Shown: piece after piece, positions 24,715 to 36,761 of the stretch
Numbering within the stretch: position 1 is the stretch's first letter
How the letters are laid out: each line of letters begins with the position of its first letter
Assembly (NCBI GenBank): GCA_002256025.1
Contig: NKIB01012257.1
Location: forward strand, 1-64,000
Direction of reading: 5' to 3'
From: Asterionella formosa
Taxonomy: Eukaryota
Length of the DNA stretch: 64,000 nucleotides
Translations under genes and position numbers: made by a program
Notes under the pieces: model-generated
What the model saw: only the letters and a program-made list of their open reading frames with translations
Databases searched by the model: none
Told to the model about the DNA's origin: nothing

Positions 24715-27700
24715 ATGAGCGGCCCTTTGACTCACGATGAAATTTTGTCTGCCGCCATTGCAGGACTGTCGAAGGAAGAGCTTTGCGACCGCAAGAATGA
24801 GATCGAACAGCGATTGCAAGAGATACAGATTGTGGAGCCTAGCAAAAAAAGGCCTCGAACGACTGCGGATTGTGCGTCTATTGACGTTGTTGCCAATATT
24901 GTGCCCATCCTTGCCAAAGCAGACACGCATTGGGATTTTTGCATGAAGGAAATGATGTGGCTGGCTGCAGATTTTTTGTCGGAGCGGAAGCGGCAGTTGA
25001 CCATGGCCAAAAAGCTGGCCACCGGCGTGAGTGGCTTTCACGCCACCAAGGAGTCACGACGCGTGCGAGCGTTGGCGGAAGCCGAGCTGCAACGACGAAG
25101 ACTGGCAGGGAAAATTGGGCGAGAGGTACGAACTTGGTGGACCAAGATTGAGCGGGTGATCGCGTACAAGCAAAAGCTCGAGGCAGATAGCGAACGACGG
25201 AGAGCAATGAATCAGCAACTGGTAGATTTGGTTAAGCAAACAGAACGGTATGGACGGTCCTTGTCAGCGGTTCAAGAATCAGATGACGATGCTCATATTT
25301 TGACTATAGAAGAAGCCTTGGCCGGGAGTAATGTTCGGCGAGTGCAGCAGCCAACTGATTATGCGCGTCTTGCTATCGCGGCTGACGATTACGAAATTTA
25401 TGGGGAATCAACAGAAGATTCTGGATCAGATGGTTCTTTTGTTCTAGGAAGCGAACCTGATGATGACGATGAAACGACTCTGCGTGAAGCTGAAGAGCTG
25501 GAGACACAGGAACGGCGTCGTGGGTTACGTCACTGCGATGGTGACGATGACAGGTCATATATGGCCGATCCCGATGAAATCGAAAGGCTACAAGAGGAAT
25601 CAATTATGGACATCAATCTAGTATTGGAACGAATGAGAGAAGAAGCATCGAAAATACCGGAGGCGGAGGAAGCCGATACAGCTGACCTCATTACAGATGC
25701 TAGTGACGAGAAGCAACCGAAACAAGTGACTTTTGCTTTAGATTCCAAGCCAGAAGGCGATTCATCGCAACCAGCCGTGAAACCAGACCCTGGAAACGAT
25801 GCGGACGATGATGGTGACGCTAGTGATGTCGAAGACTTTAGAGATGATACCTCAGATGGTTCCGAAGAGTTCGTTGGCAATCTCGACGCTGTCGATGATG
25901 AAACAACTATCGAAGCAGAAGAGCGGCTTGGTCGAGAAATGTCGGTCACTGACGAAATCAGTATGTTGCAGCGAGAAGGAGAAATGTCTGTTGATGAGCT
26001 ACGGAAGCTTTATGCCATTCCAGATGATGCTGAGAGGTCTGAAAAGGAGGACAACTCGGGCGATGATGAATCATCGGAAAACTTGTCGAGGAAGGGTTCT
26101 GTCAAACAATATGAAACTCTATTCAGTGCAGATGACAATGAAGACCAAGATGAATTCCAGCCAGATTCGATGGAAGTTGATGATGAAACCACGCTAGAGG
26201 CCGAAGAAGGCCTGGGTCGCGAAATGAGTTATGACGAAGAAATCAATTTGCTCCAGAAGGAAGGCGAAATTCCTGTGGAACAACTTAGAGCAATGTATGC
26301 ATCAATGGCTAATGGAGGTAACAATAGTGATGATAACTTTTACGATGATGAAGGGGATGACGACCAAATAAATTCTACTGAGTCAGAAACCAACGACGAT
26401 AACATAAACATCCTCTTAGATAGTGGAATCAATGATGACTCCGCTGCCGACGAGTTCCGACCGGAAGATGAAGTGGACGACGAGACCACTATGGAAGCAG
26501 AAGAACGGCTGGGAAGAGATATGAGCTACGAAGAGGAGTTAGCGCTTCTCAAGCGTGAGAGTGAAATGTCTGTGGAGGAGCTACGCCAAGTCTACCAAGG
26601 AATAGCCGAAGAGAGTATAGGCGACGAGGAGAATCCAGAAGTATTTTCCGACCATTCTAGTGCTAACGGCAACGATGACGGCTCCGAAGAGTTTGTTGAT
26701 GATGAGAATTTGGTTGACGATGAGACAACGATGGAAGCTGAAGAGCAGTTGGGTCGAGAAATCAGCATCGACGATGAAATTCGTATATTAGAACATGAAG
26801 GCGAAATGCCAATCGAAAAGCTTCGTGCTATTTATGGGCACGAGAATAATACAATCAATGATGGTGGGAAGGAGATTGATCGTCGAACTGGAAGTAAACG
26901 GAAAATTTTCGCCCTACCGAACCAGAATACGACTCAATCAATGAGCGAGGATGAAGGATTGGTGGCATTACAAACCCTAAATGAGATGGAAGAGAAATTA
27001 CGAAAAACCCTTGCTACTCGGCCCTTTCTCATGTCGTCATGGGTACATATGCGGGAATACCAACAAATTGGGCTAAATTGGCTAGTTTCCATCCAGAGTC
27101 GCCGTCTCAACGGTATATTGGCTGACGAAATGGTAAGGTTACTTCAATGTCATTCCACCTCGTGCAGAAATGAATCTCAATTTAGTTTTTTCTCTGTATT
27201 TAGGGTTTAGGAAAGACGTTGCAAACCATTGCTCTGCTTGCATATCTTGCGGCCTACAAGGGAATTTGGGGTCCACATCTTGTGATTGTTCCGACTTCTT
27301 GTATAGTCAATTGGGAGACAGAGTTGAAGCGTTTCTGTCCCGCAATGAAGGTCCTGTGTTACTACGGTTCAGCCAAGAGAAGGAAAGAGCTTCGCACTGG
27401 GTGGACAAAATCCAACTGGCATCACGTGGTGATCACATCATATCAATTAGTTGTGCAAGATGCCTTCGCTTTCAAGAGAAAAAAATGGTATTACATGATC
27501 CTTGACGAAGCTCAAAACATAAAGAATTTTCAAAGTCAGAGATGGCAGACTCTGATTAATTTTAATACACAGCGACGGCTACTATTGACAGGAACCCCTT
27601 TGCAGAACAATCTAATGGAACTCTGGTCTCTACTTCATTTCTTGATGCCTCATGTCTTTCGATCTCGAAAAGAGTTCTCTTACTGGTTTTCCAACCCGAT

Positions 27701-30700
27701 GAATAATATCATTGAAGGAAATACGCGCAGGAGCAATGATTTGATTAGTCGGCTTCACGGTATCATTCGCCCATTTGTACTCCGAAGGCTAAAAAAGGAT
27801 GTAGAAAGTCAAATGCCTGGAAAGTATGAACACATTATTAAGGTCCAAATGTCAAGGCGCCAGATGTTCCTCTACGAGGAGTTCATGGCTAGGTCGTCAA
27901 CCAGAACAGCCCTAAAGAAGGGCGGAAATTTTATGGGAATGATGAATGTTCTTATGCAACTTAGAAAAGTGTGCAACCACCCAGACCTCTTTGAACCTCG
28001 TTCGGTGGTCACTCCTTTTGCCATGGAAATGATTGAATACGAAGTACCTAGTTTGGCTGTACATGTCACAACAGCAACGAATGGCTCGACCATTAGTGAT
28101 CACCTGCGACTTGCGCTTTGGAGTAAAGGCATGGGCGTACCGTCTCCTGAAAGGTCATTGAGTTACGATATTGTGGAATGCGAACAGTTGCAGAGACTCT
28201 CTATTGATGAAATCACGTTCGTTGCAGACGATAAGGATGTAGTCATGGATGAACCGAAGGCAGAGTCAGGAATGAGCTCAGAATTAACTGAGCTGTTAAC
28301 ATTGATCCGACGAAATGAACACGAGAACAGATTGGCAACACGACAATTCCAGAGTGTTGTCCATTCCCGAAGATGTTCAATGTCTGCGTTTCCTTTCTCG
28401 TTACGACTTCTAGAGCTGGTTCAGCTTGATGTGCCTCCACTTGATAGGCCCGAAGCTGAGGCTATACAGAAGCGAAGAATAATTTCGACGCCATCTGAAT
28501 TGTTAGCAATAAGGCGTACGCATCTTGATCGAGCAGAGGACCTAGATGAACTTCTCAAAAAGTTTGTAATTTGCATCCCTAGGGCCGGAGCATCCAAGAT
28601 GAGAATGAACATCTCATTACATGATCGAAAAACTGAATCGTTTGAAAAAAGTTTCAGTGAAATGCTCATGAAACCATTGGAGGAATATTTCTTCCCTTTT
28701 AGACGAGCACAAGCCCGACTTTCGTCGTTCTTTCCTGACAAAAAGCTTATTCAATTTGATGCTGGGAAGCTCCAGAAACTCTCGGTCCTCCTGCGAGACC
28801 TTAAGCATGGTGGACATCGTGCTCTAATCTTCACGCAAATGAGTAAAATGTTGGATACCCTTGAAGCGTTTTTGAATTTAAATGGCCATACCTATCTACG
28901 ACTCGATGGGAGTACAGGAGTCGACCGAAGGCAAAGGCTAATGGACAAATTCAATAATGATGAGAAAATATTTTGTTTTATTTTGAGTACACGAAGTGGT
29001 GGCCTCGGAATTAATTTAACTGGGGCTGATACTGTCATCTTCTATGATAGCGATTGGAACCCAGCTATGGATGCACAGGCACAGGATCGTGCCCATCGAA
29101 TTGGTCAGACCAGAGATGTGCACATTTACCGGCTTATTACTGAACACTCTATCGAGGAAAATATTTGGACAAAAGCAAAACAAAAACGAAATTTAGATCT
29201 TATTGTTATGGACGAAGGAAAATTTGACGTTGGGCACGTCAAAGCAGGCGATGAAGACCGCAATTCAGAGAATGGCCCAGTCCAAGATATCTATACCAAG
29301 GGTGGGCTCCGAGAAATCCTAGGAATCGAGACCGACGGATACACCCCCAATTCGAATGTGGATGTGATTGAGGCTGACCAAAACATGACAAAAGATCAAT
29401 TGGAACGAGCAATGGCTTCACTGGAAGATGAGGAAGATGCTGTGGCTATGAAGGGAGCTCAAAAAGAAGCCGAGGAAGAACTCCAAGAGTTTGATGAAAA
29501 TGTTGAGTATAAGCAAGAGACTGAATGTGATTGCGATAATATAGACGACAAACAGGAAGCTAGCAACGACACGAAACAATCGGAAGATCGTGCGGCATCA
29601 GGAAAAGAGGACGAAAACGCCACCAAAAAGGTTACAGACGATGAAATGGTCAAAGAGTTTGAGGCCTGGCAGAGTAATATCGGCATGGATGCGACCGCTA
29701 TAGAATCGTCCCTGGGACCAACGGAACGCTATGGACTCGGTTTTCGAGAATCAATCGACCCGTTTTGGTCTATATTTGCTGTCATGGAGTATAAGCGCAA
29801 GATGGAGGCCATGGAATGCGAAGAAGAAGAGATTGATGTTGATGAATTGGAACGAGTCAAAGCCAAAGAAGAACAAGCAGCAATTGATGACGGGGATTTG
29901 CTTGGCACTCATCCTCCCCCAGATGCTTTGCCTCGTCAACGCAAGATCTACTTTCGAGAACGAGCTCGCTTGAGATCTGACAGGAAACGTCGCAAGTTGA
30001 CTGGAGAGAGCTGGATCACGAGAATCGATGCAATTTCTCAAGTGCACTATTGGTACAATGAAGATACTGGCGAAGCCATCTGGGAGAAACCAAAGATTCT
30101 GGTCGAGCTGGATGAAGTCGCGAGTGCTCAAGTCAAGAAGTGGAATGCAATGCTAATCAAACCGTTGGTGCATATAATGGAGTACCTGATTCCTTACCCC
30201 GATAGAACGAAGTGCTCTTTGGTCTGCAAACAATGGAAACTTGCTGCGAAGGACTTCGGGTTCGTTCTACACGTATTCCCTGTTGAAATGGGTGCCCTTT
30301 CTCTAGAGGGAAGAAAACTTGAACATAATCACTTTCGTACAATCTCTGAAGTTATGCAGGTTGTTCAGCCTGGAGATACAATTGGTAAGTTTAACCCTCG
30401 GACCTTGCAATTCATCCAGTTCGTTTTTCTCAAAAACTGTCGGTTCCAGAACTTGGGGATGGTCACTACTGGATAAATGAACCTGGACTCACTGTCAACT
30501 TCCCACTTCGCATTGTGGGTGATGAGAATGACCCTTCGCATGTTGTGATCGAGTTGAGTGGATCAATTCGCTGGCAAGCCAAACGCGGCTGGATCGAGGG
30601 AGTAACTTTCCGACGACCCCGAATTTCGAAGGAAGGCGCCCGAATCCCCGAAATTCTAAGCGTGGAAGGAGGAGGACGACTTGATATTTTCAACTCTATC

Positions 30701-31189
30701 CTAAATAACGAAGGTAGCCTAGCGAGCCCGGCTATTGTACGCGGACTCGACTCAAAGGCGAGATGGACCAGCGTGAAACTCAGAGGTGCAATGGCTAGTC
30801 CTGGGTTGAGAGTGGAAGACAAGGGTGAGGTAGAGCTCGAAGATTGTACTGTGAGTGATAATGGCGGTCCTGGGGTTGTTTGTCATGGCAGCTCTCGGCT
30901 GCGAATGATGAACTGTAGGGTTGAGCGCAACACAGGCTTTGGAATTCGTTTGGGCGGAAATAGTCGCTGCGAGCTTTCCAAGTGTCGTTTCGCAGATAAC
31001 GCTGGTGGTCTCATTGACAAAGAAATCGGGTCTACTTGCTCACCATGTAACGGAAACATTTTGTTTGTTTCATCCCACAAGCATATTCCAAAGCTCGTGC
31101 CCGGTTTCCGGCTGATCAGGGAGCTCGTCGACCATCAAACACCTGAGGCAGACATGGTCCCATCGCTAATCAAGTCTGGTAAGGGATGA
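24715..31189 (+). CDS. SWR1: SWR1/PIE1/SRCAP-type Snf2 ATPase (H2A.Z exchange) with C-terminal WW, F-box and beta-helix domains; exons 24715-27132, 27204-30384 and 30450-31189, ~2112 aa
   Basis: HSA region THWDFCMKEMMWLAADF. LNGILADEM|GLGKT is restored by intron 1. ILDEAQNIKN, QLRKVCNHPDLF, split-ATPase insertion, FPDKKLIQFDAGKLQ, DSDWNPAMDAQAQDRAHRIGQ. Intron 2 (GTAAGT…CCAG) joins the last ORF in frame. Confidence 0.93.
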
Positions 31190-31348
31190 ACACACTATTA
31201 TATTAGCTAAGAATACATTAAAATAGACCATATAGAAGCACATTTGATTGCAACTAGAAAACCTCAATAATTATTCAAAATACTGCTCAATGCATTTGAA
31301 AAGAAGTATCGTTCCTCGAGTTGAGTACCCTGGTATGCAAAACCATTT

Positions 31349-32515
31349 TCATTGTAACAGGGATGAATCATCGTCGTCTTCCAATTCAGATTCTTCTTCG
31401 TCAGAGGATTGCGGGACAGAGAAGAATTCTCCAAGCGCTATCTTTCGACATGACACTACTGCACACGTTCCGTCTTCCAGTTCCACTACTTCACAGTTTG
31501 GTACCAATGAACGGTGCAGGGAGCATTCTGGCATTTCATCTTCTCTAAAAATTACAGTTCCGACTTCAATTTCTGTCGCCGCATAGACACCATCAACATT
31601 GCACATTGGTTCTTGATCCTCAAGATCATTCGAAGCAAAATAAAAGTCCCTTGCATATGATACACTTGGCACATCTTGCTGAGGAATTTCGGTCTGATGC
31701 CACCACAGCCTTGTGTTGATGATCAAGACGTCCCCTTCCTGGCATTGCACTGTCACAGACCCTGTAGTTGTATTCCAATCCACGTTCTTTTCCAAGAACT
31801 CCTTTCTCAGCTCCTCTGTTGGACGCAAGAACCAACGTTTTGATCCCGAAAGCTGATAGTGCCAGGTGCCATCGTGCGACACCGCATCCGTGTGTTCGGG
31901 GCGTCCATCAAGTGCGGTCTCGCCCTGATTTCGACCAAAAAAGAACCACACAGCAGGCCCATATGTCCACGATAAATCTGGAAGCTCCTCTATGGGCAGC
32001 TTACTAAGAGTTTCTTCCTTCTGCTGGTGCAAGAGAAAGCTGCAATACCCCCGAGTGTTGTTTGATGGATCCAGAAAGTCGTTCGGAGCACCCGAAGACG
32101 ACCCTTGCTCAACACACCAGGTTTCCTTGTCTTCGTCACTCATGTTTTTAAAAATTGACTGAAGTGCTTTCCAACTGAGATGTGGACCTTTCCTGACAGG
32201 AAAATTGGATAAATGGACGGCTTTGTATTCATCATAAATGTTCAACAGCGAATCGGCATCGTCGGGCAAGCCCTGAAAATTGAAGGAGGGAATGGAAGAA
32301 TGATGCTTCACACCATTATCTAGCTTCAACCTTTTCCTGTTTCCACCAATGCTTGAAGCATCACGCTCGCCAGATGAAGGTAATAGCTGCTTTTCAGCCA
32401 TTGCTTTCTCCATGGTGTTGGATTCATTGGTACCAGTACTGGCCAAATTTGAAGAAATTACTAGTCCGTTCTCCGGGTTGTTTTCATGTTGGGAAGGGAC
32501 AACAAGGAACAGCAT
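31349..32515 (-). CDS. JmjC/cupin-like oxygenase with degenerate SET-like C-terminus (start may be 32413)
   Basis: RPEHTD (HxD), TWHYQLSGSKRWFL, QEGDVLIINTRLWWHQT. Tail reads GVYAATEIEVG…LHRSLVPNC…RKIALGEFFSV. Confidence 0.8.
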   Translation of the reverse strand: MLFLVVPSQHENNPENGLVISSNLASTGTNESNTMEKAMAEKQLLPSSGERDASSIGGNRKRLKLDNGVKHHSSIPSFNFQGLPDDADSLLNIYDEYKAVHLSNFPVRKGPHLSWKALQSIFKNMSDEDKETWCVEQGSSSGAPNDFLDPSNNTRGYCSFLLHQQKEETLSKLPIEELPDLSWTYGPAVWFFFGRNQGETALDGRPEHTDAVSHDGTWHYQLSGSKRWFLRPTEELRKEFLEKNVDWNTTTGSVTVQCQEGDVLIINTRLWWHQTEIPQQDVPSVSYARDFYFASNDLEDQEPMCNVDGVYAATEIEVGTVIFREDEMPECSLHRSLVPNCEVVELEDGTCAVVSCRKIALGEFFSVPQSSDEEESELEDDDDSSLLQ

Positions 32516-34179
32516 CGGCCGGCCACTCAAATATTTGCGGGAAAGCAAATAAAGCACTAGGATAATTTCTATGTAACTTTAATCGAATTCATTCCATATA
32601 CTTTCTCATGGTAAGGTTACCAGTATTACATTTACATTGGTCATACTGTCAGATATTTAATGGTTCAAATCATTAAAATGAGCATACCATTGTTTTATTC
32701 TTCCTTCCCATCATCACGACTTTCATCCTTGCACAATCCATAATCAAAGGCAAGGTGCTGCTGTTCTACAGTTACTGTATAATGCATTGTCCTGACCACC
32801 CCCCTCCCCCCAATGTACACTCTTGTGACTGAATTCGACTGATTTTACTTGAGGGAGGCCAGGAAAATGAAGAGATTTCCTATATAGTAGACCTACGTAA
32901 ATTTTATCAGTTCTACAGGATTCAAAAATGAAAAATTGAGGGCATTTAAGGCTTTGTTGCTGGCACTTTTCTTGATATGATCTTGTTTATTATTTCATTT
33001 TTATGTATTGCCTTTTTTCATTGCAAACACTCAAACAAGTAATCTAGCTTGTTCATCAGAAACCAAAATATTTCATGACAGTTCTGATTAAAAAAGGCAA
33101 GAACCAAGACTATTCATGTGTGCGATGCCTTCTTGCCATTACCTCAGGGTTGTGCATTTTGATCAGACAATAAATCATAAGCAAGGTAGAGTAGCTTGAA
33201 GTTCTTGTTTTTGTTGTCTGCCTGGCAGTAGCTAAGGCAGTATATGAAAAAAGGATCTAGTTAGAGACATGTTTGCCAATGCTCCCTCTGCTGTTCCAGC
33301 ATTAGAGATGGATGAATTCCCAATTGTCAATTTAGTGATGAAATATGATGATGGGACTATTAGGAAGAGAGGGTTCCAACTCATGATCTTGAGATTATCA
33401 ATCAGGTTCTCTAGTACTGCGTTCATGAGTTCATGGAGGCACCTGGCCCTCCATGGGCATACTTGCTTGCTTAGCTTTGGAATGGATCTCACCAGCAGAT
33501 GAGGAAGTGGCAGAAGCTAGCTAACAGGACAGGGGACACCTTTTGTACGACTTTTAGGACCTTGATGGCACCAATTCTTGTGGATGAGACAATGGAAGAA
33601 AGCATCTCACCAGGATGGATTACTTTCATGTAGTGACTGTTACTACTATTCTACTAGGTCAACGTCAGTGATAGATTTTTGTAGATGGCCTGTGTGCAGA
33701 TTCTTTCTTGGTCTGCTTGTATACCAATGACTTGTTAGCTACTCATAGAAGCAAAGTGGCAAGCCCCAGCTGCAATTACAGAAGAGAAATGAAAGATGAT
33801 GTTCTGCAATATGACCAGAACATCAACCTTCACCTTCAACCATGGCGCTTTCTACCAATGCTGCTCCTTCTGATAGTATTCCTATGGCTGAAACGGTCTC
33901 CTTCACTCCTATTCATCTCCCACACAGGAGGAGGACAATAAAATTTTATAGTAGCCTGGAGAGACACGGGGGAAATCGATAAGTCTTAAGGGGGCCAATA
34001 TTGCACCCAAGGATGACGTTTCTTCCACAATTCACATTGTGGGCGTACTTTTGTAGTACAACTTTGGTGAGGATTGATCTGTGTTACATTTGGCGATGCG
34101 CAAATTCTTTCCAACATCACTGCATCAGTTGGATTGTTTGATATATTGTGAACAATGCAATTTCTGCTGTCTTGTGGTG

Positions 34180-34730
34180 TCCTTTCATTGTTTGCAGGGT
34201 TGCTGGTGAACCTTTGTTGTGTGGTGGAATCACTTGTAGGTTTTTCGTATTTATCATTATTTCTGGCATCATTGCTGTAGTTTGTTGTAGAGGTATATAC
34301 ATCTTTCTTTGTGTCCATTTCATTGTTTGATAGATCTTGAGCAGTGTACTTGTTGCTTTCTTTCTCTTGTAATTTCATTGAATGCTGGGTTACCAGTGAG
34401 CTCTTGTGTGGCGTAATTGGTAGTTGGTTTTCCGTTTTTATCAAGATTGTATCTGACATCAGCATTGTGGTTTGATAATGTATCTAGCACATCTTTCTTC
34501 CTTTTCTTTGTGTCCATGTCATTGTTTGATAGATTGTGACATCTGTAATTTCCTCTGTATCTTGTAATTTTATCATTTGCTGGGTTGGCTACTGGTGGTG
34601 AGCCCTTGTCTAGCAGAATCGGTAATAGGTTTTCCATATTTATCATTATGTCTGACTTCGTTGTTTAGTTTGTAGATGTATCTAGTAGTACATCTGTCTT
34701 TCTTTTCTTTGTGTCCATTTCATCGTAGTT
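34180..34730 (-). repeat. Three diverged ~200-bp tandem units encoding a frameshifted Asn/Thr-rich repeat (MDTKK…DK.GKP…NPA)
   Basis: CTTTGTGTCCAT recurs at ~34307, ~34507 and ~34707, and the translated units align by eye. Confidence 0.75.
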
Positions 34731-36418
34731 GCGTTGACTGGTGTATTCATATCTATTATTTATTCTTTTTGTCAAATATAACAGGGTCAGCTGTTGCAGC
34801 AGGGGAGAAGTGAGTAGAGTCGACTGAGAGTTCCATCTTGAGAGAAGATTCAGCCGTCAAATCTAGTGTTGTAACATTGTTTGCTGTAGTGTTGCGCTGG
34901 AAGGAAGAATCTGTATCCATCTTGTCCGATGCATGAGATTGTCGAGCAGCGATCACCACTGTATTGGGCAAGAAAGTGTCCATCATGGTGAAAACAGTTG
35001 CTGCGTTTGTCATGTTGATCTGATCACACCTACTACCGGTATATGAGGAGATGAATAGTTCTGCAAACGTGGAAAGTGAAAAGGCATACTATGTTTTTAC
35101 CAATTTAAGTGTACCAGGAGTCTACAGGTGAGTCTGCGTAGCGTTCTGGCCGAGGGGTACGTCCTCCCTACCATGGTAGGCCCCTTCCCCCTCACAATAC
35201 GGCAGCACCGGCTGCAAGAACTGCTCATGCATCGGACGCATTGACCAACAATTCACCACTACAACGAACAGCGACGGAAAACAACACTACAATAATCGAT
35301 TTTGGGGCCAAATACTCTCTCCTAACAGCGGAGCCTCCCTTCGAACTCAATTACAATGTGCCAACGACCATGAATACAACCGACAAGCATGGCGACAACA
35401 CTACTACAACTGACGATAATTACGATGATTGGAAAAACAAGAAAAATTCAGTAATGGAACACAATATAATGGCCGCAGGCGCAAACCGCAATCGCAATAC
35501 CGCAACACACACAAATCTCACAAGAAGCCTTCATATTCATCTCCCACACAAATCCTTCAAGTCAATAATTCGGTTGGCACTGGAAATCCCTTTTTGCATG
35601 ATTCTCTTTTCCCCTATTGTCCCCGCCCGCCTCCTCCTCTGACCCTCCATCACACATCCCTAATCGCCGCTTTGGTCTCCCACTACAACAAAAAGCGCTA
35701 ATTGCATCATGCCTTGTCCTCTCCTCCAAATGACACAGACTACTGCTGTTACCATGGCATCATCCACCCAAATGCAAAAACATTATTCCTTTCAGCCCAC
35801 TACAAGGAGGTAGTATGCTCCTCTCACCTTAGTAGTACTCCTCAGCCCTACATTTCATCCTGGCAATTTCCTCCTGCCAGGATTCTCAATTAAATTTTCA
35901 CCAAAATGGCGATTAGGTTTGCCATAAATACATTCTGCATCTCCCAAGATGACCGTTCTCTTGCTCTCATCTTATGTTGTCATCAGGCTAGCTATGCATC
36001 ACAGATTTCATTGATTTTTCCACTTGCTTCTGGACCCTCTTTTAAAAACAAAAATGGCCATGCATTTTTGTATTTGCTTTCTACTTCTTTATTGGCCTTC
36101 CTCTCTTCCGGCCATCTTTTTGTATACTGGCTGTCTTACAAACACTTTTGACCCCTCTAAGAGCCCTACTAGCTATTTGGACTCCTTGGTTCCCTTGCTT
36201 GCCATCTTTATCATTGTTTCCCTGTCTGCAACCCCTATGAGTCCCTTATTGGACTCACCCTCCTCACTTGTCATTCCCAATGGGCACAAGTGTGACTCCA
36301 TGTCCTCCAATAGAGTCTAGTTTCAATAAAAGCATAATACTTTCAAATTTTCTTATTCTAGCTAGTACTATTGCTTCTTGTTAAAGTGCGCCTATCCACA
36401 TAAATATGGCTCATAGTC

Positions 36419-36470
36419 GGGGAAATGGCTTAGTGGTTAGCACACATTCTGTGGTTGCGGATTCCATTGG
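36419..36470 (+). mobile_element. tRNA-derived SINE-like head (degenerate)
   Basis: A-box TGGCTTAGTGGTTAGC followed by TCTGTGGTTGCGGATTCC, resembling 61484-61545. Confidence 0.4.
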
Positions 36471-36761
36471 CTGCTTCCAGCATTCTCCACCTATCTTTTT
36501 CATGTAGTCCTTCGGTTTCCAGCCGGGTGCGACTGAAAAAAAGACAGGTCTCGTTCTACTGTACAGACGAACAAATCCGGTATTAACAATTGCTTGTTTC
36601 CATTGAACATGTGGGCATGAGTGCGATTATTGGATAGCGTTAACATACTACAAATTTAATTTCAGTTTAGATGTCACTCACAGTCAAATGAGTCGACTTT
36701 GATGTACCAAGCTCTCAATAAAGACACATTACTATTCTGATTGTAATGACCCAGAAAATAG

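Noticed and set aside
30515..31189. Separate beta-helix gene downstream of SWR1
   Set aside because: It has no suitable ATG or promoter space, and a canonical 65-nt intron joins it in frame to SWR1.
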